Source: Escherichia phage YJin-2024a
Length of the DNA: 64,000 nt
Direction: 5' to 3' (one strand)
Sequence record: PP534475.1
Shown here: positions 55,910-64,000 of the stretch, one piece after another
Layout: every line of letters starts with the position of its first letter
Numbering within the stretch: position 1 is the first letter of the stretch
Program-made: the position numbers and the translations under genes
Notes under the pieces: generated by a model
What the model was told of the DNA's origin: nothing
Databases searched by the model: none
Seen by the model: only the letters and a program-made list of their open reading frames with translations

Positions 55910-56190
55910 TTTTTACGCCCCGCATCTTTAGCCTCCTCGGCGGTATAGATATACTGATAAGCCCCTTTGGAGTAGGCTGGAGCAGTACACATTTTCTTAC
56001 GCTCAATCTCTTCTTGAGCTTTTCTTTCGCGTTCCGCTAATTCTTCGTCCAGATAAACTAAACGTTGTTCTGGAGGAGGTGGAAGACGTGTTTCTGGCTC
56101 ACCAATATTAGCCTTTCTTATTTGACGAGGCGATTGTGCACGTTTTCTCAATGGTTTAAATCCTAATGAATTTGAGTTATAAATCCGCAT
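55906..56190 (-). CDS. hypothetical protein (94 aa)
   Basis: ORF only. Confidence 0.45.
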   Translation of the reverse strand: MRIYNSNSLGFKPLRKRAQSPRQIRKANIGEPETRLPPPPEQRLVYLDEELAERERKAQEEIERKKMCTAPAYSKGAYQYIYTAEEAKDAGRKK

Positions 56191-56266
56191 AAAGCCCTCC
56201 TCACTTTCAATACGAATATTATACTAAATTAGAGGGCTTTAAGCAAGAAAATTTTTAATTTATTTA

Positions 56267-56743
56267 TCACATCTCAGCCATTTCAGCTTCAGTAATAACT
56301 GTATTACACAATGCATCTACAGCTTCATTACCACTAATACCAGAATGCCCTTTAACCTTAATAAAGGTAGGATTAGTATTATGAAAGTTGATATACTGCT
56401 GTGTTAATTTAAATGCTTCCTGCCAAAGTTCTAGATTAAGAGGAACTTCACCATCTGCTTTCTTCCAGCCTTTCCTTTGCCAAGAAAACATCCAACTTTC
56501 CATGCCATTTTTGCAATAAGCAGAGTCAGTATAGATAGCAATTGGTCTATTATCTTTTTTAACAGACCAACGTAGAGCTTCTACAATAGCTGTGAGTTCC
56601 ATCTCATTATTTGTAGTTTTAGGATTATAACCAGATTTAGAACCCAAACGATCGTCGTTATCATTATAGACAATAAAACCCCAAGCACCTGGACCTGGGT
56701 TAGACTTACAAGCACCATCTGTGTAAATGTGGAAAACCGACAT
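56267..56743 (-). CDS. rnh: ribonuclease H
   Basis: VFHIYTDGACKSNPGPGAWG ... TNNEMEL RNase HI motifs; start at the ATG with GGGAGG RBS. Confidence 0.8.
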   Translation of the reverse strand: MSVFHIYTDGACKSNPGPGAWGFIVYNDNDDRLGSKSGYNPKTTNNEMELTAIVEALRWSVKKDNRPIAIYTDSAYCKNGMESWMFSWQRKGWKKADGEVPLNLELWQEAFKLTQQYINFHNTNPTFIKVKGHSGISGNEAVDALCNTVITEAEMAEM

Positions 56744-57024
56744 TATACCTCCCAACTAATTTTAAGACCCATGTCCACAAAGGCAGCTTCTCGGTAATAT
56801 TGAGAGATATGATACCCCTTATCCGATAAGGTTTTTAGTACCGATTTAGCTGCTCCTGGCATTTCTCTAGGATTATATAGCCACCTAGCGTAAGGATTAT
56901 CTCGAATAATTATTTCTGTATTTCCAGACTTAGCAGCTTCTACAATCTTTTCTTCTATAAACTTTAGAAATGCGGGTACTTCTGTTAATCCTGCAAGTTC
57001 TTGAGCTTCTTTGGCTGAAATCAC
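56743..57024 (-). CDS. hypothetical protein (93 aa)
   Basis: ORF behind a PN25-like promoter. Confidence 0.5.
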   Translation of the reverse strand: MISAKEAQELAGLTEVPAFLKFIEEKIVEAAKSGNTEIIIRDNPYARWLYNPREMPGAAKSVLKTLSDKGYHISQYYREAAFVDMGLKISWEV

Positions 57025-57049
57025 TATATACCTCCAATTTATAAAATAT

Positions 57050-57078
57050 ATTATATTTAAATTTCACTAAATAAGCAA
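57050..57078 (-). promoter_or_regulatory. early sigma70 promoter, PN25-like family
   Basis: TTGCTT-17-TATAAT on the minus strand. Confidence 0.55.
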
Positions 57079-57117
57079 ATGAAATTTAAATATAATAGCC
57101 CCGAAGGGCTATTTGAG

Positions 57118-57471
57118 CTAAATTATAATTAAGATTATGAGAGCATAGGTTAAGTAATGGAGTAACTGATCAAATCCTAAAGCTATCCAAAACCTGGAAT
57201 CACTTATATCGTATTTACAGCATTGTGCTTTCCAGTAATCTATGATAAAGTGTAGAATTAATTCCATTATAGCTAAAGTTATAGCCATTCCTAGTGATGT
57301 GAACATAGTAAGAATTATAAAGGTTAGTCCAGCATGTACTAGAGAATGGGTTAGTAATGGAAGTTTCCACCCTATTTTGTGGGTCTTCCTTAACATGTAT
57401 GGAGTTTGGAGTGGATAATCAGCCATAAAATGTTTCAGGAAGAATACAACAAATAATAATATTGTCAACAT
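57118..57471 (-). CDS. multi-pass membrane protein (117 aa)
   Basis: Three to four hydrophobic helices. Confidence 0.5.
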   Translation of the reverse strand: MLTILLFVVFFLKHFMADYPLQTPYMLRKTHKIGWKLPLLTHSLVHAGLTFIILTMFTSLGMAITLAIMELILHFIIDYWKAQCCKYDISDSRFWIALGFDQLLHYLTYALIILIII

Positions 57472-57474
57472 ATA

Positions 57475-58329
57475 TTATACCGTAAAGGGATATGCAATAG
57501 CAGGGTGGTGTTCGTAACCACGAACAGTAAAATCATCCTTGCTTACCCAGGTCAATACATCCTCCAGAGTTCGGATATTTGGATTGATTTCTAGAGTAGG
57601 AGGTGCAAAAGGTTCACGATCGAATTGCTTATGCTCCATCAAAACATTATACTGATCCTCATAGATATGAAGATTGATAATCTTCTGGCGTGCAATTCCT
57701 GGTTTAAGGCCTGTAATTTGTGCCATTAATGCTAGAAGCGTATAACACTGAACCATGTTAAATACTTGGCCTAATAGGAAGTCATTAGATCTCTGGAAAG
57801 AGTTCAGGTATAATGTATCTCCCAAAATAGAGAACTGATGAGTGTGCATACATGGACGTAAGCAACCCTTTGAGAACTCCCCAGGATTCCAGAAGGTTAG
57901 AATTTCCCCCCGATCATCAATGCCCTTCTTCAGATTATGATAAATCTTGGCTAGTTGGTCAAACATAAGACCATCGGAATTAGTCCACTGACGTCCTTGA
58001 ACACCATAGACTCGTCCCATATCATCCTCACCTTTACGGTATGGATTGTCTAGCCAAGCTAAGTTTTCATTTGCATTAGCATTCCATGTGTTAACACCAA
58101 TAGCGCGGAATTGTGCTGCTGAATCATACCCACGTAGATACCCAATCATTTCCATTATTGCTTGTTTTGCAAACGCCTTACGAGTAGTAATAAGTGGAAA
58201 TTCCCCTGCACCTACGTTAAAAGTAAAGTCTGCATCAATAATAGTGAGGCAACGAACCCCTGTTCTAGGATTCGTTACCCACTGACCCTCTGATAAAATA
58301 CGTTTTCCAACTTCAATATACTGATCCAT
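57475..58329 (-). CDS. thymidylate synthase
   Basis: CHTHQF-type motif region (PCMHTHQF); 284 aa. Confidence 0.85.
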   Translation of the reverse strand: MDQYIEVGKRILSEGQWVTNPRTGVRCLTIIDADFTFNVGAGEFPLITTRKAFAKQAIMEMIGYLRGYDSAAQFRAIGVNTWNANANENLAWLDNPYRKGEDDMGRVYGVQGRQWTNSDGLMFDQLAKIYHNLKKGIDDRGEILTFWNPGEFSKGCLRPCMHTHQFSILGDTLYLNSFQRSNDFLLGQVFNMVQCYTLLALMAQITGLKPGIARQKIINLHIYEDQYNVLMEHKQFDREPFAPPTLEINPNIRTLEDVLTWVSKDDFTVRGYEHHPAIAYPFTV

Positions 58330-58862
58330 TAATAAGTAACCAATTCCTGTACAAATCGCAGGCTGTTATCACTGTTTGCGCCAGTTGCGTAAACTAAACG
58401 AGTAGATTCATAGTTGTAATCTAGAATCGTATTATCCAGATGTACATCTGCCTCTAGTTTTTGATTACTAAAGATTGTGGATACAAAAGCACTTTCAATA
58501 TGTCCATGAATATACATTTCGTACAATAATGTTGCGCCACCTAAAACCACTGTCTGTTGATCTTTTAAGAATGTAGGTAATGTATCCCCAATCTTAGAAA
58601 TTGGGGTATAGATACCATGTTTAATATCATCAGGCAGAGGACGATCTGCACGAATAAAGAGGTCAGATTCTCCAATCATACGTTGTCGAACAACTTCTGG
58701 AAGTGCTAAATAAGTACCAGCACCAATGATGATGTTATCTGGATTCAACATGTCCAGTTGAGAATAGAAAGCATCTAGTTCTTCTTTGAAGGAACCCCAT
58801 GGAAGTTTACCGCGGAGGCCGAACTCCCCATTCGGCCCAACTGCATACATTGCTGTAATCAT
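58329..58862 (-). CDS. dihydrofolate reductase
   Basis: 177 aa; N-terminal [15 protein letters not shown]; ATGA overlap with thymidylate synthase. Confidence 0.75.
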   Translation of the reverse strand: MITAMYAVGPNGEFGLRGKLPWGSFKEELDAFYSQLDMLNPDNIIIGAGTYLALPEVVRQRMIGESDLFIRADRPLPDDIKHGIYTPISKIGDTLPTFLKDQQTVVLGGATLLYEMYIHGHIESAFVSTIFSNQKLEADVHLDNTILDYNYESTRLVYATGANSDNSLRFVQELVTY

Positions 58863-60004
58863 AAGAAATCTCCAAATTCATTACCCAGATCTTTCAGAGT
58901 ATCAGTAGAGGTTTCGGTGACTTGACCTACACGATATGCTGCACCAATCTGGATTTCTTGTGGAGCAGGCTGTAAAGAAGTGGTATCCAGCCAGTTCATG
59001 ATCCATGGAATAGGGTTCTTGGTGATTACCGGCAGGTTACTTGGCCATTCTACACCAATGTGCATAAACGCATTACGTCCCACAAAATATAGGTACTCTT
59101 CTAGAAGTTCTGCGTTCAAACCAATCAGACTACGACCTTTGAAAATGAAATGACCCCACTCAATTTCAGTTTTCAGAGTTTTCAGGAGCTGTGCTGGTGC
59201 TTTAGCTACTGCTTCATCTACCAGATCTTTGTCAAATTGTTGAAACATAATCTGGATGATTGCTTTGGACATCTGGGTGTGCAGAGCTTCATCTTTAGCG
59301 ATTAATTGTAGATTTTTAGCAATACCTTGCAGAATATCGTTCTCTGCTAATGCAAAGGTACATGCAAAGGATGCGTAAAACTGCATTGCTTCCAGACCGT
59401 AGATCGCAAAGTAAGCGTCTAATAGTTTAGCCTGAGTTTCACGTTTAACTTCAGGGAACTCAGTTTCTGGATATGTATTGTCACCACGATGATCGCGTAC
59501 TGCGATGAAATACTGACCTAACTGGTACAGTTCATCAAATAGTTCAACAGAATCAGCGATGCGTGCGAATGCTTCTTGGTTTTTGGTTACAGAATCAATA
59601 AATTCTGCTGGATCAGTTAACACATTACGAATAATATTGCTATAAGCACGACTATGCAGATCTTCGAAGTAGCTCCACTGTTTGAGCATACCCTCTAATT
59701 CTGGACGACTTACAAGCGGCATAATAGCTGCTTCAGGAGCACGACTGATAAAGGAATCAGTTTGAGTCTGCCATGCTAAGTTCAGGAGTGTAATTTCCTG
59801 AATTTCACGTGGGAGGTTAGGCCATTGTTTCTTATCTGCTTCCAGACTGATTTCAGTTTCAGTCCAAAATTGAGAGCGTTGCAGAAGTGCCAGACGTTCT
59901 AGTTCTGGATGTGCTACACGTACATAATCTGCGATACCGAGAGAATCTCCCAGGAAAAGGTCAGCGTTAGTATGATCCCAATTCAGGTTTAGTAAAGTAG
60001 TCAT
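58859..60004 (-). CDS. nrdB: ribonucleotide reductase small subunit
   Basis: 381 aa; diiron-ligand region (EALHT, EAMQF); overlaps the DHFR start. Confidence 0.85.
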   Translation of the reverse strand: MTTLLNLNWDHTNADLFLGDSLGIADYVRVAHPELERLALLQRSQFWTETEISLEADKKQWPNLPREIQEITLLNLAWQTQTDSFISRAPEAAIMPLVSRPELEGMLKQWSYFEDLHSRAYSNIIRNVLTDPAEFIDSVTKNQEAFARIADSVELFDELYQLGQYFIAVRDHRGDNTYPETEFPEVKRETQAKLLDAYFAIYGLEAMQFYASFACTFALAENDILQGIAKNLQLIAKDEALHTQMSKAIIQIMFQQFDKDLVDEAVAKAPAQLLKTLKTEIEWGHFIFKGRSLIGLNAELLEEYLYFVGRNAFMHIGVEWPSNLPVITKNPIPWIMNWLDTTSLQPAPQEIQIGAAYRVGQVTETSTDTLKDLGNEFGDFL

Positions 60005-60077
60005 TGATTTTCCTCTTTCTCACTATTTCAGGAATATTATAGCAAATCTGGTAGCGATTAGCAAGTAAAATTTCAAA

Positions 60078-60110
60078 GAAAAAAGGAGACCCGAAGATCT
60101 CCTTGTTTTT
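60078..60110. terminator. hairpin flanked by A-run and T-run between nrdA and nrdB
   Basis: AGGAGA-loop-TCTCCT with aaaaaa upstream and tgttttt downstream. Confidence 0.45.
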
Positions 60111-60111
60111 A

Positions 60112-62442
60112 TTAAATAGTACAACCACCGGATGCACAACCGGCTGCTTCTTCTCCAGCACCTCCACCATTTGCGGTATTGAAGTTAGCATAATACCAAG
60201 TTTTCCACCCATACTTAACAGCAGTCATGAAATCACGAACTACTACTGGGCCAGGAATGATTTCATTCTCAAACTTGGTGTAGTCATAGTACATATTCGT
60301 ACTGATAGACTGACTGAAGAATTTCTGCATAGTTGCTACCCACTTGATCCACTCGATACGATCTACATCATAAGCCAGTTTATAGCTCATTAACATTTCC
60401 CAATCGGTTGCACCTGGAGCAATTGCAATTACTTTATTAACTGCACTACCCTTGATAGATACAATCTTACGAGGTGGTTCGATAGAGTTAGTAACACCTA
60501 ACAGAACAGAAGAACTTTCTCCCGGCATCTGAGCAGTCAGAACAGAGTTACGCATACCATATTTCAGAATATCTGCACGTAGAGACTCCCAATCCATTTC
60601 TAGACCTACGGATACCAGTTCATCAACAGTTTTCTTGTACGTGTCGATTACCAGAATTCCTTTAGATGGTTTAGTACGATCAAACCACTCACATGCGCCC
60701 TGTTCTTTAGCTAGGCGTACAGAGGCTTTATGCAGGAAGTAAGACAGTTTTTCAGCCTCACGGTGAATCCAGTTACGGGCTTCAATACCTTCATAAGCCA
60801 GACCTTCTGCTGCCATTGCACCTGCTGCGTTCATCAGGCCAATACCCACATTACGACGTTTCTTAGCCGTATATTCCATAGTTGGGAACGGATAATCCTG
60901 AATTTCAATAATTGTATCAACGAATTTCAGGAGGATGTAGCAAGTTTTTTCCCACTCGGCCAGAGATTCCATGCGTCCAAGTACAACACCACCTAAGTTA
61001 CACAGAGATACTTCACCAATATCCTCCGGCTTCATTTGATCAAGCTGCTCTTTTGTCTTGTACAGCTCTGTAATGTGATGGAACGGGCGTGTAGGCTGAG
61101 TAATTTCAACACAAAGGTTTGTCATACGGATCGGATCAAGGAAGTTACCGTGACGATTAGATTCCCCAATGTGGTGAGCATACATACGTCCTGTTTCCAT
61201 TCGGATACGTAGCCAAGTATCTAGGATTTCTTTTGCAGAGACTTTAGGAGCTGCAGGAACTGTTTTTCCTTCGTGGTCGATCTTTGTAAGAGATGCCACA
61301 CGTTTCTCCGCTGCCACGTAGATTTCTTCAAATTTAGCCTCGTCATCACTATAAAACGCTTCATGAACTTCTGGAGCATAGAAGTATGACATTAGCGTAA
61401 TATCTTCGTTTTTAAGATAACGTTTTAACAAAAGATTGTTAAAGCTCAGAGAATAATCCATCTTATCGATTTTATTCTCATCTGTAGCACGTTGTTGCTT
61501 AACCTGCATCAATTGAATGATTTCAGGGTCGAAGTACGGATAAGACACTGTGGCAGAACCACCACGAGTTTGCTGAGTATTGGCCTTTACTGAGCGGTCA
61601 ATGTGTCGATAATATGGCAGTTTTCCGGAATGCGGGAATGCCCCATTTCGCACCGGATCAGCAATTGATCGGCTTTCAAGATGATACCCGATTCCCGCTC
61701 TGGCTGCGACCATTTTGAAGACGATGTGCTCGGCGGTGTCGATTGAATCCAACGTGTCAGTGGAATCCACGAGGCAGCAACTAGCAAATCCACGGTCACT
61801 AGAGCGCAGACCAACCAGTGGCGGCGTAGGAACGTTGATTTTGTGGAGTGACATTGCGTTATAGAGGTCGATTGCATCTAGAATTGTCCAGTTAGGTTGA
61901 GATAACATCGCCATTGCCATACCCATGTAGGCGAACTGCGGAGTTTCATAAATTTCACCAGTGGCTATGTTACGACGGGAATACTTATCAAAGAACTGTT
62001 TCAGTCCACCACTAGTAAAAAGACGATCACGATCATGGTCGATAACTTGATTCAGAGCTTCAAATTGCTCATCGGTAATCCATGCACTCATGTTTTCCCA
62101 TGCACCTACGCTAACCATGTGGTCATGGAAGAAGCGTAGAGAAGGTGGTTCGAAAGAATCATAAAGGCGTTTACGCATTTGCGCAAGACGTAATTCCTTT
62201 GCTGGCACATCATATGCTGGATTATCTTTGATAAGACTTTCAGCAGCTTTAATTAATGCATCCATCAGAGTGTCGGAATCTACAACCCCTTTAGGCAGAG
62301 TTTTTTGAGCAGCCATAGTAATGGCTGACCAACTTACATCAACTGTTTTGCAACCATACTCCGCCCAACCATTGAGTTTTTCAGGAGCAAAGTCTTCTAC
62401 AGTACCGTCACGTTTAATTACTTTTTCAATGCGATGGCTCAT
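60112..62442 (-). CDS. nrdA: ribonucleotide reductase large subunit
   Basis: ATP-cone N-terminus (VIKRDGTVEDF), C-terminal redox cysteines; start at internal Met with AAGGAAAG RBS. Confidence 0.85.
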   Translation of the reverse strand: MSHRIEKVIKRDGTVEDFAPEKLNGWAEYGCKTVDVSWSAITMAAQKTLPKGVVDSDTLMDALIKAAESLIKDNPAYDVPAKELRLAQMRKRLYDSFEPPSLRFFHDHMVSVGAWENMSAWITDEQFEALNQVIDHDRDRLFTSGGLKQFFDKYSRRNIATGEIYETPQFAYMGMAMAMLSQPNWTILDAIDLYNAMSLHKINVPTPPLVGLRSSDRGFASCCLVDSTDTLDSIDTAEHIVFKMVAARAGIGYHLESRSIADPVRNGAFPHSGKLPYYRHIDRSVKANTQQTRGGSATVSYPYFDPEIIQLMQVKQQRATDENKIDKMDYSLSFNNLLLKRYLKNEDITLMSYFYAPEVHEAFYSDDEAKFEEIYVAAEKRVASLTKIDHEGKTVPAAPKVSAKEILDTWLRIRMETGRMYAHHIGESNRHGNFLDPIRMTNLCVEITQPTRPFHHITELYKTKEQLDQMKPEDIGEVSLCNLGGVVLGRMESLAEWEKTCYILLKFVDTIIEIQDYPFPTMEYTAKKRRNVGIGLMNAAGAMAAEGLAYEGIEARNWIHREAEKLSYFLHKASVRLAKEQGACEWFDRTKPSKGILVIDTYKKTVDELVSVGLEMDWESLRADILKYGMRNSVLTAQMPGESSSVLLGVTNSIEPPRKIVSIKGSAVNKVIAIAPGATDWEMLMSYKLAYDVDRIEWIKWVATMQKFFSQSISTNMYYDYTKFENEIIPGPVVVRDFMTAVKYGWKTWYYANFNTANGGGAGEEAAGCASGGCTI

Positions 62443-62584
62443 TTGGCTTTCCTTTTTATAGTTATCAGGATTTAAGGAATATTCTACTTTATTATCGGTC
62501 ATTAGGCAAATAAAATTTTCTGATAGAAAAGGCCCGAGTATTTTCATACCCAGGCCCTGTATATTACCAGTCTAGCTTTTTAGC

Positions 62585-62806
62585 TTATTCAATTACTTTA
62601 GCTCTAGCTACTTCTTTTAATAGAATATCTATGGAGGTGCTCAGCTCGTTATAATTGAATGGTTTATTTGGATTTGAGGTTACAATTTTCCACGCTAGGG
62701 TTGTCTTAGGACTTTCTTCCCCTTCCTTACGTGTAATCATATTAGCAGCACTCAGTGAAGTACGATGTATTTTAGTTTTACGGCTCAGATGAACGACGTT
62801 TCCCAT
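62585..62806 (-). CDS. hypothetical protein
   Basis: ORF downstream of phoH; start placed at internal Met to avoid overlap. Confidence 0.3.
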   Translation of the reverse strand: MGNVVHLSRKTKIHRTSLSAANMITRKEGEESPKTTLAWKIVTSNPNKPFNYNELSTSIDILLKEVARAKVIE

Positions 62807-62807
62807 A

Positions 62808-63560
62808 TTACACCTTCCCCATGTCTTTAAAAATATCATAGAATGCTTTAGACTCAACAGAACGAACGTTATCAATCAGTTCGATCATTGAGAATGGGGC
62901 ATTTTCGTATTTCTCATAGACTTCCATAAGGAGTGCTAGACCTGAGTCACCTTTAATGTCTTTCTGAGCTATATCTCCGCAGATAATTAAACGGCAGTCT
63001 TGTCCTACACGAGTTAGGAGACAAATCATTGCCTCAACGGAAATATTCTGAGCTTCATCGACAATTACATAGGAGTTGTTGAAAGTTCTGCCACGAGCAT
63101 GTTCGATAGCCAAAAATTTAATTTTCTGACGTTCGACATATCCCTTATAGGCATGATCGCCGATGGCCCATTTCATACCATCAGCTATTGGCTCCAACCA
63201 AGGCTCTAGCTTTTCTGCTAGATCACCAGGAAGCATACCAAGAGACTTACCTAGAGGTTCATTAGGACGTACGAGAATCACCTGCTCAATATCTGAGTGA
63301 ATGTCTACGAGTTCCTGAGCTGCAAGAACGGACGGAATAAAGGTTTTACCAGTACCTGGCTCACCGATACCCACAGTCACTGTGTTGTTCTTGATCATAT
63401 TGATATATGATTTTTGCTCGCGGTTTTTACCTACTAGGGATTTAGCAACTGGGTTAGCGTAATCATTAGAAAAATCAGCCTGAATTACGTTATTCTCATA
63501 TTTGTTGCCACGCTTTCTTGAACCATTGCGGTTCTCTCTTTTTTGACGTGCTTTTCCCAT
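62808..63560 (-). CDS. phoH: PhoH-like ATPase
   Basis: Walker A GEPGTGKTF; start at the ATG with AGGAG RBS (the ORF track begins at an upstream GTG). Confidence 0.85.
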   Translation of the reverse strand: MGKARQKRENRNGSRKRGNKYENNVIQADFSNDYANPVAKSLVGKNREQKSYINMIKNNTVTVGIGEPGTGKTFIPSVLAAQELVDIHSDIEQVILVRPNEPLGKSLGMLPGDLAEKLEPWLEPIADGMKWAIGDHAYKGYVERQKIKFLAIEHARGRTFNNSYVIVDEAQNISVEAMICLLTRVGQDCRLIICGDIAQKDIKGDSGLALLMEVYEKYENAPFSMIELIDNVRSVESKAFYDIFKDMGKV

Positions 63561-63636
63561 AAATAACACTCCTATAGTGTACTTCGCTTCTAACAGAGGA
63601 TCAACAAAGAGATCTTGTTTATCAACTTACAAATAC

Positions 63637-63665
63637 ATTATAACAAGGTTTACAGCAAAAAGCAA
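63637..63665 (-). promoter_or_regulatory. early sigma70 promoter upstream of phoH
   Basis: TTGCTT-17-TATAAT on the minus strand. Confidence 0.5.
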
Positions 63666-63837
63666 GTATAATTTTAAATAAACCTATGATATTGCTTTTA
63701 AATAAAAAATTTACTTGCTTATAAAGGTAGAAGTATGATACTAGATAATCATTTATTTATATGTAAAGATATTATGCTGTATAGCATCAATAAAAATTGA
63801 TAAAAATCAAAAGTCAAATAGTATTAGAAAAATGTAG

Positions 63838-63866
63838 TTGACGTATGGGGTGGAATTATGTATAAT
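63838..63866 (+). promoter_or_regulatory. sigma70 promoter (TTGACG-17-TATAAT) for a plus-strand gene
   Basis: Good -35 and perfect -10 followed by AAGGAG and ATG. Confidence 0.6.
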
Positions 63867-63887
63867 ATGTAAATTAAGGAGAATTTA

Positions 63888-64000
63888 ATGGTAAGAAAGA
63901 GAATAACTACAGAAGATGTGAACTTAGCACTTGCTCCTAGAGGAATAGTTATGCTAAGCACGTATATATCAGCTAAATCCAACGCTATATTTAAGTGCTC
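63888..64000 (+). CDS. hypothetical protein, N-terminal part (runs off the window end)
   Basis: AAGGAG RBS 7 nt before the ATG; divergent from phoH. Confidence 0.5.
   Translation, partial: MVRKRITTEDVNLALAPRGIVMLSTYISAKSNAIFKC

Noticed and set aside
1-64000. Integrase, repressor or other lysogeny genes (temperate phage or prophage)
   Set aside because: None found; gene content (dedicated nucleotide metabolism, tRNA cluster, pre-early genes) fits a virulent T5-like phage.

Overview
This window reads as a T5-like (Tequintavirus-type) lytic phage genome segment with almost all genes on the minus strand. It has three parts. (1) 1-10.7 kb: the end of the late structural operon (tail tube start, neck proteins, major capsid protein with scaffold domain, prohead protease, portal, an HNH endonuclease insertion, terminase, a receptor-binding tail protein), followed by a divergent lipoprotein gene behind a promoter nearly identical to the classical T5 PN25 promoter. 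(2) 10.7-21 kb: a pre-early block (dmp-like HAD nucleotidase, A1-like metallophosphoesterase, A2-like) plus about 4.5 kb of mostly non-coding DNA dense in repeats: a DnaA-box-bearing inverted repeat flanking a plus-strand module of small genes, two arrays of short direct repeats, and a purine/G-tract block. This looks like a single collapsed copy of the terminal repeat. (3) 21-64 kb: early genes (two Ser/Thr phosphatases, thioredoxin-like, holin and endolysin, ClpP-like protease, dNMP kinase, spanin-like pair, GrcA-like glycyl-radical protein, NADAR-like protein, RNase H, thymidylate synthase, DHFR, NrdB, NrdA, PhoH) surrounding a cluster of about 25 tRNA or tRNA-like genes at 38.2-50.5 kb. 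Most early genes sit behind near-identical sigma70 promoters. The most unusual items are a self-contained plus-strand three-gene island at 47.0-48.8 kb encoding low-complexity proteins, the inverted-repeat-flanked plus-strand module at 17.3-19.7 kb, the repeat arrays at 19.7-20.6 kb, and several non-canonical tRNAs. Everything was read by eye from the sequence and the ORF track; no searches were run, so product names rest on recognised motifs and on my recollection of T5. Hand-derived coordinates (tRNAs, promoters, repeats) may be off by 1-3 nt.
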